A stretch of DNA of 38,016 nt from a virus. The stretch lies in UHGV virus genome UHGV-0259383. One strand, written 5' to 3'. A program made the translations under genes and the position numbers. Shown piece after piece: positions 1 to 8,038 of this stretch. The number at the start of each line of letters is the position of its first letter. Within the stretch, counting starts at the first letter, position 1. The notes under the pieces are model-generated. The model was not told where the DNA came from, did not search any database, and saw only the letters and a list, made by a program, of their open reading frames with translations.

Positions 1-1244
1 CCACGAAAACAGTAGATATTACCTCAGTGAATGATGGAAAGGATTTTATCTATGATCCGGATGCGGTGCAGAAATATGGCTGGATCTTCCGGCAACGAAA
101 GTGGGAAGATGTGACATTACCAGAAAATCTTATAAAAAAGGCGCGGGCATACCTGGAGCAGTCGATCTACCTGGGTGATGTGCTTAGTCTCACGGCGGTG
201 GATTTGGCTAACGTAGATGTGGATGTTAAGCGCTTAAAAACTGGATATTGGACAAAGGTGATCTCGCGTCCACATGGAGTAGATGTTTTATACATCCTGG
301 AGGAACGGACCAGGTACCTGCAGGAGCCGGGAAAAGATACGATTTCTCTTGGCGGAACGGTGGCAACGTTATCCGGGAGTACGGCAAAATCGCAGAAAGA
401 ATTGTCCGTAAAGGTTGAGCAGATCGGACAGGCTGCCAGCAAAGGGATCGATCAAAAGATCAGCAATGCGACCCAGCTGATCAGTGGTGGCCTTGGAGGA
501 TATGTCGTGATTGGACGTTCTGAGAATGGACAACCGGAGGAGATTCTGATCATGGATGCGCCAACGAAAGCCAATGCTAAGAATGTGATCCGCCTGAATA
601 AAAATGGAATTGGATTTTCAACTTCCGGATATGATGGCGTTTACAGAAATGCCTGGACCATCGATGGCAATCTGGTGGCGGATTTTATTACGACAGGAAC
701 CCTTGATGCGGATCTGATCAAAGCCGGTACGATCAAGGATAGGAAAGGGCTATCTTTCTGGAATATGAATACTGGAGAGATGAATATAGCCGGGGTGATT
801 GAGCAGTTGCGGGAGGACGGTTTGAAGTCAGTTCAGATTGCTAACAATGGCTTATGGTTATATTCATATTTGGCCAATGGTGTTTTGATGGGATCACTAT
901 CATCAATGAAAGATATAAATGGATCAAAAGATTCAGGTGTTCAGTTTTCAGTTAGCGGAGATAATTTATTGTCTATAGGCTATATGGATGAGAATTATAC
1001 GATTTACCCTAAAATTCAGATTAATAACGATCCGGATACGCCTCCTAAAATCAGTGGTACTGCTTCAGGAACAATTCTAATTCCAGGAGGTGGAAAAATC
1101 GTAGTTGATAATGGTTTAATTACATCATGGGAGATGCCAGGACTACCAACAGGATATATCAATTATTATGATGGAAAATTTGGTGAAATCGAAATTTGGG
1201 TTGATACTGGCGCTATTACGAAATGGCATGTTGATAGTAACTAG
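1..1244 (+). CDS. C-terminal part of tail-associated (Tal/endopeptidase-like tail spike) protein; N-terminal part at 37317-38016, 647 aa in total
   Basis: Frame is open from base 3. Siphophage minor tail motifs (IRLNKNGIGFSTSGYDG..AWTIDGNLVADFITTGTL). Follows the distal tail gene once circularised. Confidence 0.85.
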   Translation, partial: TKTVDITSVNDGKDFIYDPDAVQKYGWIFRQRKWEDVTLPENLIKKARAYLEQSIYLGDVLSLTAVDLANVDVDVKRLKTGYWTKVISRPHGVDVLYILEERTRYLQEPGKDTISLGGTVATLSGSTAKSQKELSVKVEQIGQAASKGIDQKISNATQLISGGLGGYVVIGRSENGQPEEILIMDAPTKANAKNVIRLNKNGIGFSTSGYDGVYRNAWTIDGNLVADFITTGTLDADLIKAGTIKDRKGLSFWNMNTGEMNIAGVIEQLREDGLKSVQIANNGLWLYSYLANGVLMGSLSSMKDINGSKDSGVQFSVSGDNLLSIGYMDENYTIYPKIQINNDPDTPPKISGTASGTILIPGGGKIVVDNGLITSWEMPGLPTGYINYYDGKFGEIEIWVDTGAITKWHVDSN

Positions 1245-1255
1245 GAGAAAAATGC

Positions 1256-1411
1256 ATGGAAAATAATGAGAAAAGATCTGTACCGACTACATATAGCGAG
1301 GCATCATATGGTGAACCGCATTTTATAAAACCAGTCAGAGTGATGGAAAAAGAAGAGAGCAACACTGATGATGGAGGTAATGATAATGGCGGATATCAGC
1401 AAGGAACTTGA
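1256..1411 (+). CDS. Small hypothetical protein (51 aa, MENNEKRSVP...)
   Basis: AGGAG RBS at about 1243. Fills the gap between Tal and the fibre gene. Below the ORF-track cutoff. Confidence 0.5.
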   Translation: MENNEKRSVPTTYSEASYGEPHFIKPVRVMEKEESNTDDGGNDNGGYQQGT

Positions 1412-2189
1412 TAATTTTAAAAATGCAAAATATGGAAAAGATGTTCGTGGGAGTATGGTTTCTTTGGCTGAAAAACTCAATAAAGAATCATCTGATACAG
1501 TAAAAACTGTATCGGAATATGGAGATGCGGAGGTATCAAGGGAGCAGGCGGAACAGGACAGACAAAATGCGGAGAATGCAAGGCAGCAGGATTTTGAGAC
1601 GATGAAAAGCGATTCTCAGGCAGCTACCATAGCAGCCAATAAAGCGGCGGAAAGAGCAGAACAGGCAGCCACCGGGGATATATCACTGAAAACAGTTACT
1701 TTTGAAGTGGCAGCAGCACGGGCCGGAATTGTAAGCGGTGATACTCTTGGTGTAGCTTTCGGGAAGCTGGCCAAGTATTGCACTGATATTGAGGATCACG
1801 CATTTAACGCCCTGGTTAATAATGGACTGGCCAATATCGCCGGTGTCAGTGCCCTGGATGCGGTGCAGGCGAATCCGGATGTAGCGGATACGTTGGCGTA
1901 CAAAATTGCACAGAATCTGGCGGCGATCACGTCGCTAAATAGCAAGAATGTACTAGAATTTGCGAAAACAACAGCTACATCATCTGGCACGGGATATTGT
2001 GCCTTTAAATATCCGACTGGGTTTTCTAAAGATAATACATTGTTACTGTGTATAAGGTATATTAATGATAGTTCTCGTCCTATAGTGGAACATAGAGATG
2101 CTGATTTTTGGGGTGGTGATTTTTCTGTAAGTAACATGAGTATTCAATCAGGAAAAGAAGTAACTGCTTTTTTAGCAAAAATCATATAG
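1386..2189 (+). CDS. Tail fibre/receptor-binding protein: constant N-terminus plus currently expressed cassette A
   Basis: GGAGG RBS then ATG1386 (MADISKEL). N-terminal 'AKYGKDVRGS' motif, coiled coil, and 'SGDTLGVAFGKLAKY' fibre motif. The crossover core at 1936-1945 encodes LNS. Confidence 0.85.
   Translation: MADISKELDNFKNAKYGKDVRGSMVSLAEKLNKESSDTVKTVSEYGDAEVSREQAEQDRQNAENARQQDFETMKSDSQAATIAANKAAERAEQAATGDISLKTVTFEVAAARAGIVSGDTLGVAFGKLAKYCTDIEDHAFNALVNNGLANIAGVSALDAVQANPDVADTLAYKIAQNLAAITSLNSKNVLEFAKTTATSSGTGYCAFKYPTGFSKDNTLLLCIRYINDSSRPIVEHRDADFWGGDFSVSNMSIQSGKEVTAFLAKII
1932..1945 (+). repeat. Shufflon site R1 (TCGCTAAATAGCAA), expression site
   Basis: Perfect 14-bp inverted copy at 2582-2595. 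The 10-bp core recurs at five further sites, exactly or with mismatches. Confidence 0.9.
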
Positions 2190-2268
2190 TAATCGAACTT
2201 GGTTAGGAATAATAGTACATCGACTCAAAACGGTGAAAATGTCGTGACCACAGTTTTATACAAAAAAA

Positions 2269-2591
2269 TCATGATACTTGCGTTAAGGTAGGTGCATACC
2301 ATTTCCACCCATTACTATTGCAACCAAAGGCAATACATTTAGCATTGTCGCTCATTAGAATGCACCATCCGTAATAGGCAGATGACGAGTTCCATAATAT
2401 ACAAAAAGAGGAAGATCCAAAATATCCACTATTAGTTGGCGTACATCGAACTGTGTACCATCTGTTTGCAAATTTTTTAGTAGAATTAATCCAATTACCA
2501 ATGCCTGCAAGCGTTCCATCTATTGCGATATTCCTCCCTCCATTGGCTTCGGTAACACCTAGATCCGTCTTTTTTACAGTATTGCTATTTA
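2269..2591 (-). CDS. Silent fibre cassette B (104 aa after NS: NTVKKTDLGVTEANGG...GWKWYAPTLTQVS)
   Basis: Open frame on the minus strand with no start codon of its own, beginning at site R2 in the same NS frame and stopping at 2269-2271. Clearly similar to the C-terminal part of cassette D. Missed by the ORF track. Confidence 0.88.
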
Positions 2592-2595
2592 GCGA
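2582..2595 (-). repeat. Shufflon site R2
   Basis: TTGCTATTTAGCGA is the reverse complement of 1932-1945. Confidence 0.9.
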
Positions 2596-2714
2596 TGCAG
2601 TGGAAAAGCCAGGATAATAGTTTGAATTTCTGATTTTAAAGATTACAGTAGAAGGGGCGAGTCTTTTTTCTAAGAGAATTCGCTTCTTGAATACAATAAA
2701 AGGAGATAGGGTAT

Positions 2715-3710
2715 ATGTCCACTGAAATCAGAAATCAAATCATTTTGGAACTTCAGGGAGAATTTACAACAGATCAATTAAAAATCATTGATCTGGCAGT
2801 TGCGAAGGCGATGCGAGGGTATAAGGTCAAAAAGGAAGAGACTCTTCCGGCTCCAATGGTATATGAATTACCAATGGATATTCGGGAATTCTTAGCAAGA
2901 AAGGAAATGAAAGGGTGTTCATCGGGAACAATTAAGCAGTATCGTGACCTATTATCAGATTTTGCCCTCTGGGTTAAAAAGGATCTGCGGCAGGTGAAAG
3001 ACCTTGATATTTTAGCATATCTGGATTACAGGGCGAAGCTTGGGGCATCAAACAGAACATTGGACGGCAAAAGACTGATACTTTCATCGTTCTATACCAC
3101 GATGCATGAGACTGGAAAGATGGCGTATAATCCTTCCAGAACCGTTGATCCGGTAAAATATAAAGCCAGACTTAGGGAACCGTTGAATGATATAGAACTG
3201 GAAAAAGTCCGAGCTGCTTGTCGAACATTACGAGAGAAGGCACTATTTGAGACATTGTACGCAACTGGTGGCCGTGTGAGTGAAATAGTTGGAATCGATT
3301 ACGGAGAGATAGATAAACAATCCAGGAGTGTAATAATCACAGGAAAGGGGGATCAGGAGAGATGTATATTTCTAAACGCAAAAGCCATGCTGGCAATAGA
3401 AAATTATATCAAGAGCAGAACCGATGATAGCCCAGCGCTATTCATTTCATCAAGGGCTCCATATAAACGTTTAGGAAAGGAATCCATTGAAAGAGAACTG
3501 AGGGCTATTGGCGAAAGGTCTGGAATCGGAAGGGCAGTTTTCCCGCATTTGTTAAGACATACATTTGCCACGGATATGCTTGAGCATGGAGCATCTCTTA
3601 ATGAGGTATCGGAGTTGTTGGGGCATAAGAAGCTTGATACAACAAAAATTTATGCAAAGATAAGTACAAATACACTGGCGATTTCCTATAAAAAACATCA
3701 TGCCGCATAA
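2715..3710 (+). CDS. XerD-like tyrosine recombinase, putative shufflon invertase
   Basis: Catalytic motifs TGGRVSE, GKG, HLLRH, LGH and TTKIY. AAGGAG RBS. Lies inside the cassette array and is distinct from the integrase. Confidence 0.92.
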   Translation: MSTEIRNQIILELQGEFTTDQLKIIDLAVAKAMRGYKVKKEETLPAPMVYELPMDIREFLARKEMKGCSSGTIKQYRDLLSDFALWVKKDLRQVKDLDILAYLDYRAKLGASNRTLDGKRLILSSFYTTMHETGKMAYNPSRTVDPVKYKARLREPLNDIELEKVRAACRTLREKALFETLYATGGRVSEIVGIDYGEIDKQSRSVIITGKGDQERCIFLNAKAMLAIENYIKSRTDDSPALFISSRAPYKRLGKESIERELRAIGERSGIGRAVFPHLLRHTFATDMLEHGASLNEVSELLGHKKLDTTKIYAKISTNTLAISYKKHHAA

Positions 3711-3734
3711 TATTTGATAATCAAATATACTTGA

Positions 3735-3762
3735 AAAAGAGGCTGCCGCAGGTGGCTTTTTT
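3735..3762 (+). terminator. Putative (bidirectional) terminator after the recombinase
   Basis: A-run, hairpin AGGCTGCC-GCA-GGTGGCTT, then T-run. Confidence 0.55.
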
Positions 3763-3818
3763 GGCGTGGAAAAAAAGAAATGTATAAATAGTATTTTTTA
3801 GGAATATGCGTTCCTGGA

Positions 3819-3859
3819 TAAATAGCAATGGTGGTACTTTTAGTGATGTAAAACTATGA
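3819..3859 (+). other. Shufflon site R3 (3819-3828) and mini-cassette C (NGGTFSDVKL-stop)
   Basis: Exact TAAATAGCAA core. In-frame TGA at 3857-3859. Confidence 0.7.
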
Positions 3860-4353
3860 TACTTCGGTCAACGACGGCGCATACCAATGCCATCCAGTGG
3901 AATTTCGACCAAAAACTACCATCCTTGGATTATCAGATATTAAGATACACCAGCCATAGTTAACTGAAGTGCGCATCCATAAGATGCTAAATCCGGATGT
4001 ACCAAAATATCCGTCAGAATCTGATGGTTCTACACGAACAAATGTACATTTACCTGGCGTACCATTATTTTTTACCCATTCACCAATATTGGATAATTTC
4101 CCGCTCAGAGAAATGTAGTCTACGCCATTGTATTGGGTCACGCCTAAATAATCCTTTGTGGCAAGCAGTTTTTCGGATCCCCATGCACCATTGGTCTGTG
4201 CATTCACAGCTATGGACTTATCTTCTTCATTCATCCGTAGCATTAACAAACTGTTAGTAATTTTGTTGATTAAGTACATATATGGACCATTGTCAACTTT
4301 ACCGATTACCAATTTGGCATTTTCAGATTGGAAGTTACTCAAATTGCTATTTT
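3854..4353 (-). CDS. Silent fibre cassette D (163 aa after NS) with site R4 (4344-4353)
   Basis: Minus-strand AAAATAGCAA is in frame with ORF 3854-4342. A stop lies just upstream of the site. Confidence 0.85.
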
Positions 4354-4417
4354 ATTAAATAGAAGCATACATTTGAAGAAATATTTATACAAATATCAAA
4401 AATACAGTTTATGAAGG

Positions 4418-4725
4418 TAAATAGCAAGATCACAGAAACAATATCAGAAAACCTCAAAGCAACACAAATCGGTAACGTTGTGATTATTAACGGATATTGT
4501 TCTGGTACTTTTACAGATCAAAAAACAACCATTGGCAAGTTAAGTAAGGTTGGTTTACCCAATATTTTTGTGCGTACTCTTTGCAATATTGGTAGCGATG
4601 CGTATAGTGCACAACGGCAAGGATATCTGTATGTTAATGACAACAATGGAGAAGTTGCAGTTACATCAAAAAGCGGAGAAACTGGAAGCAATGTATATGT
4701 ATCATGCTCGTATGTGGTAAAATGA
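4418..4725 (+). CDS. Silent fibre cassette E (100 aa after NS) with site R5 (4418-4427)
   Basis: Exact TAAATAGCAA encoding VNSK. Beta-rich sequence typical of receptor-binding heads (IGNVVIING...TIGKL). Confidence 0.85.
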
Positions 4726-4797
4726 TTATTTTGTAATATTTACTAGACTGATTCTATCTCACTTCCTGTAAATACTTTCCACGTACCGCGTAATTAG

Positions 4798-5018
4798 CAA
4801 ATAGCTCATCTGAAGGAATGATGAATACAGCTATTATGGTAACTGAAAACGCAAGAATACTAACAGATAATGCACGAACAATCAGTTCTAATGGCGGTGG
4901 TGTTGTGAATTTTGGACTTGTAACTGCATCAGGGCAAACAACAATATCGTCCATAGGTTACGGATATAACGATGGGACATATAATTACAATTCCATAATT
5001 GTTGCAATAAGGTTATAG
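4798..5018 (+). CDS. Probable silent cassette F (70 aa after NS) with degenerate site R6 (CAAATAGCTC)
   Basis: AATAGC is in frame with ORF 4818-5018. The frame is closed by TAA at 4791, just before the site. Confidence 0.6.
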
Positions 5019-5029
5019 AATCTAATGAA

Positions 5030-5340
5030 TTAGTAAGGAAACGCAAAAGAATATAACCAGTATTTTGTTTCTGTTGTTGGATATAAACTTAAAATTCCAG
5101 AAGTATAGAGAATACCAAAAATTTCTATTTCTCCACCCATAGATCCGGCAGTAAAGTAGAAGTCATTCTTTGGACGAAATCCTTCTGGAAGTGTTGTAAT
5201 ATCGTTATAAGTTTTAGCAGTAAGGGTTTTATCTGCTGATGATCCACTGACAAACACAAAACCATTCTTTTTTTTAGCTTTACAATAATTTTTATATACA
5301 TCTATACTTGTTGATCCAAGCTCCACAGTCTTGCTATTTA
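5030..5340 (-). CDS. Silent fibre cassette G (100 aa after NS) with site R7 (5331-5340)
   Basis: TTGCTATTTA gives LNSK on the minus strand. Contains 'ITTLPEGFRP', typical of phage fibre C-termini. Confidence 0.87.
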
Positions 5341-5461
5341 ATATTTTAAACATTGTATTTTCCTGTGTATCTTTATACAAGGAGGTGATAGAAAAAACAT
5401 TTTCAAGCTGGATCCGTTAGAATCTATTTTTTGCACTCAAAAATATGAAGGAGGATTTGAA

Positions 5462-5833
5462 ATGAAAAAAGACACTATGGTTTTGAAAGATGGAAAGTGT
5501 ATTGATCTTGAGGAATGTTCCTCTTTGGCAAGCATTAAAGTAATTTCCGAGAGTCGTTCATCTATGGCAGAAGTTTGGGAGAAGATGAGTGATGAAAATT
5601 TAAAGCAGGTAAAAATCAAAAATTCAAATGAGGTGGTAGTAGGAAGTTATGAAAATCTTACGTTAGTATCTGAGACATCTGTGGTTCAAGAAGACGGGAA
5701 TATTTTAACTGCATTCTATTTAAGAGAGAAAACTGCCGAGGAAGTTCGCTTGGATAATCTGGAAGAGGAACAGGAAATTCAGAATGGAGCAATCATTGAT
5801 CTTGCAGAGGCCGTGGCGGGAGGTGTAGAGTAA
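5462..5833 (+). CDS. Hypothetical phage protein (tail-fibre-adjacent)
   Basis: GGAGG RBS. 123 aa ending 'IQNGAIIDLAE', a common post-fibre gene type. Confidence 0.75.
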   Translation: MKKDTMVLKDGKCIDLEECSSLASIKVISESRSSMAEVWEKMSDENLKQVKIKNSNEVVVGSYENLTLVSETSVVQEDGNILTAFYLREKTAEEVRLDNLEEEQEIQNGAIIDLAEAVAGGVE

Positions 5834-5946
5834 TGATTCTTTTTTATGTCAAGAGAATTACAGATGGGAAAATGAAATTGGATGGGGTACCAGCAAAGTG
5901 GAGGGCAGAGGTTGAGAAGATATTAGAAGCTAAAGAAACTAAGTAA
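5833..5946 (+). CDS. Small CD1375-like protein (37 aa, MILFYVKRI...VPAKWRAEVEKIL)
   Basis: TAATG coupling. 'VPxxWRxEV' motif. Confidence 0.7.
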   Translation: MILFYVKRITDGKMKLDGVPAKWRAEVEKILEAKETK

Positions 5947-5977
5947 CGGCCTGATAAATGCTTACAGGAGGGATAGG

Positions 5978-6235
5978 ATGCAGACAGAAGTTGTGGTTGC
6001 TCTGGTAGGTTTAGCAGGAAGTGGTCTTGGCAGCTTAGCTGGTGTGGTAGCATCAGCCAAGCTGACTGCTTATCGGCTAGAGCAGCTGGAGAAAAAGGTG
6101 GATAAACATAACACCGTTATTGAGCGTACATATAAATTGGAAGAGACGCAGGCCGTGATGGAAGAACAGATCAAGGTGGCAAACCACCGGATCACAGACT
6201 TGGAAAAGCAGAAGGAGGATTCGATATGCAGGTGA
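5978..6235 (+). CDS. Lysis-module membrane protein (N-terminal TM, coiled coil; holin-associated)
   Basis: Hydrophobic N-terminus plus 'YRLEQLEKKVDKHN'. Confidence 0.75.
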   Translation: MQTEVVVALVGLAGSGLGSLAGVVASAKLTAYRLEQLEKKVDKHNTVIERTYKLEETQAVMEEQIKVANHRITDLEKQKEDSICR

Positions 6236-6516
6236 AAGATTATGTAAAACCGGAATTACTGGTAGTAGCAGTGGTACTGTATTTTATTGGCGCATGGCTG
6301 AAACAGAGTGAGACGGTGAAGGACAAATATATTCCATTGATCAATGGCGCCGTTGGCATCGTGATCTGCGCCATCTATGTATTTGCCACCTGTGTATGCA
6401 CTGGCAGCCAGGATATTGCCCTGGCCGTGTTTACCGCGATCACACAGGGAATTCTTGTGGCAGGATTATCTACTTATGTAAATCAGATCGTAAAACAGAC
6501 TGGAAAAGACGAATAG
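6226..6516 (+). CDS. Holin
   Basis: 96 aa with 3 hydrophobic segments and 'KDKYIPLI..AITQGILVAG'. Upstream of the endolysin. Confidence 0.88.
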   Translation: MQVKDYVKPELLVVAVVLYFIGAWLKQSETVKDKYIPLINGAVGIVICAIYVFATCVCTGSQDIALAVFTAITQGILVAGLSTYVNQIVKQTGKDE

Positions 6517-6676
6517 AAGGAGGTGATCCGGATATCTCCCACGGTGATCTGGGTAACGGTCACCAGATAGTTGCAATATCACAACAAAAATAAAAGAAGT
6601 AGAACGAAACAGATTTCTGTGTTATAATGCCAATGTTACCGCCTCCTATACCAGGTACGGGATGGAGGTGCATGAC

Positions 6677-6766
6677 TTGGAAGATGCAGTTATTTCTCTT
6701 ATTGTTTCTATTGCGGCAGGTGTGATTAGCCATCTCATTTGCAAATGGTTGGATAGAAATAAGTAG
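6677..6766 (+). CDS. Fst/Ldr-like type I toxin (29 aa, MEDAVISLIVSIAAGVISHLICKWLDRNK)
   Basis: GGAGG RBS then TTG start. Single TM helix, conserved W and charged tail. -10 TATAAT at 6623 and anti-RBS CGCCTCC at 6640-6646. Confidence 0.85.
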   Translation: MEDAVISLIVSIAAGVISHLICKWLDRNK

Positions 6767-6804
6767 TCGGTAATCAGCCTATGGAATAAGCCACCATATC
6801 AAAA

Positions 6805-6884
6805 CGGAATAGAAAACCCCAGGGATCGCGACTCCCTGGGGTTTTCGTTTGCATAACTTGGATGCAATCATTTCTCTTAGCCTA
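6805..6884 (-). ncRNA. Putative antitoxin RNA (RNAII-like); ends approximate
   Basis: Minus-strand promoter TTGCAA(6913-6918)-17 bp-TATAAT(6890-6895). 6851-6879 is an imperfect direct repeat of 6670-6701. Confidence 0.78.
6812..6846. terminator. Bidirectional terminator of the type I TA locus
   Basis: Perfect 14-bp stem GAAAACCCCAGGGA/TCCCTGGGGTTTTC. Confidence 0.85.
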
Positions 6885-6978
6885 TCGGCATTATAGCATA
6901 TGCAACAATTCTTTGCAAGATACCCAATAAAACAAAATTTCATATTTTTCATATCATAAAAGAAAAGAGGACAAACTT

Positions 6979-7710
6979 ATGAGAGATATTACACTATGCC
7001 ATCCGCGCCTCCAGAAACTAGCCACAGAGCTGATCCAGAAATGTTCTGCCCAGGGCCTTCAGATTAAGATTGGTGAAACTCTCCGTACCAGATCGGAACA
7101 GGATACCCTATATGCCCAGGGGCGCACGACACCAGGAAACATTGTGACCAATGCACCAGGCAGCAGCTACAGCAGCTACCACCAGTGGGGCACAGCCTTT
7201 GACATCTACCGCGCTGATGGCCGTGGGGCTTATTATGATAAAGATGGCTTTTTCACCAGGGTGGGAGCGATTGGCGTATCCATTGGATTAGAATGGGGCG
7301 GAAACTGGAAATCCATCGTGGATAAGCCTCATTTTCAGCTTCCGGATTGGGGAAGCAGCACCAGCGGGATCAAGAAAGAATTTAAGACGCCGGAAGAATT
7401 TATGAAAACCTGGAAAGAAGCGGAGAAGATCGTTGAGGGCTGGCAGAAGGATGCCAACAGCTGGTGGTACCAGAATGCTGATGGCACCTGGCCAAAGAGC
7501 GAGTGGCGGCTGATCAACCACCACTGGTATCTCTTTGGCGCAAACGGATATATCAGAAAGGGCTGGCACCGTTGGAATCCGGACATGAAGCAGGTAGATC
7601 TGGATGATGGTTCCGGTGATTGGTATTATCTTCAGGAGACCGGAGATTTAGAGGGGGCCTGCTGGCATGGAACCGAAAAAGGATCTTTGGAGATATGGTA
7701 TGTAAAATAG
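6979..7710 (+). CDS. Endolysin: M15-family (L-Ala-D-Glu-type) peptidase plus cell-wall-binding repeats
   Basis: Motifs 'RTRSEQDTLYAQGRT', 'SYHQWGTAFD' and 'DKPHFQ'. Aromatic GW/WYY repeats at the C-terminus. Confidence 0.92.
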   Translation: MRDITLCHPRLQKLATELIQKCSAQGLQIKIGETLRTRSEQDTLYAQGRTTPGNIVTNAPGSSYSSYHQWGTAFDIYRADGRGAYYDKDGFFTRVGAIGVSIGLEWGGNWKSIVDKPHFQLPDWGSSTSGIKKEFKTPEEFMKTWKEAEKIVEGWQKDANSWWYQNADGTWPKSEWRLINHHWYLFGANGYIRKGWHRWNPDMKQVDLDDGSGDWYYLQETGDLEGACWHGTEKGSLEIWYVK

Positions 7711-7744
7711 AAATTATAGTAAATTCGAAATCGCTTTTTGATTC

Positions 7745-8031
7745 TTGTCTACTATTTGTCTACTATTCCAGATAAAAAAGAGGAAAATATGCTGGAAGAT
7801 AATAAAAGCATTAACTCGAAAAATGGCTTAAAACCTCACTTTTTTGCACATCATGAAATTCACAGATTGTAAAAATAAATTTTCGTAATGCGTAGGTCGC
7901 CGGTTCGAATCCGGCCGGGAGCTGATGGCAGAACCCCTTGAGAAATCAAGGGGTTTTCGTGTTTTTAGGGATTGAAAAAGAAGAACAAAAAGAGCGTGAA
8001 AAAGGGGATTTGTCTACTATTTGTCTACTAC
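7745..8031. other. attP: core 7882-7923 (3' half of tRNA-Thr(CGT)) with paired 11-bp arm repeats at 7745-7766 and 8010-8031
   Basis: TTCGTAA-TGCGT-AGGTC-GCCGGTTCGAATCCGGC-CGGGAGCT. Tandem TTGTCTACTAT on both sides. Adjacent to the integrase 3' end. Confidence 0.9.
7932..7958 (+). terminator. Hairpin downstream of the att core (would terminate the reconstituted tRNA)
   Basis: AACCCCTTGA-GAAA-TCAAGGGGTT followed by TT. Confidence 0.7.
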
Positions 8032-8038
8032 TCGAATT

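Noticed and set aside
2715..3710. Second integrase of an independent inserted element
   Set aside because: No separate att sites or cargo. It is flanked by fibre cassettes and their repeat sites.
3785..4365. Extra near-sites TAAATAGTA (3785) and TAAATAGAA (4356)
   Set aside because: They lack the AGC of the core, open only very short frames, and are expected by chance in AT-rich DNA.
1386..5340. Diversity-generating retroelement
   Set aside because: No reverse transcriptase in the window. B and D differ at all base types rather than only at adenines.
7882..7923. Functional phage tRNA-Thr gene
   Set aside because: The 5' half (acceptor 5' strand and D arm) is absent. It is the att core.
7745..8031. 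CRISPR array or mini-array
   Set aside because: Repeats are 11 bp and tandem with no spacers, so they fit integrase arm sites. No cas genes.
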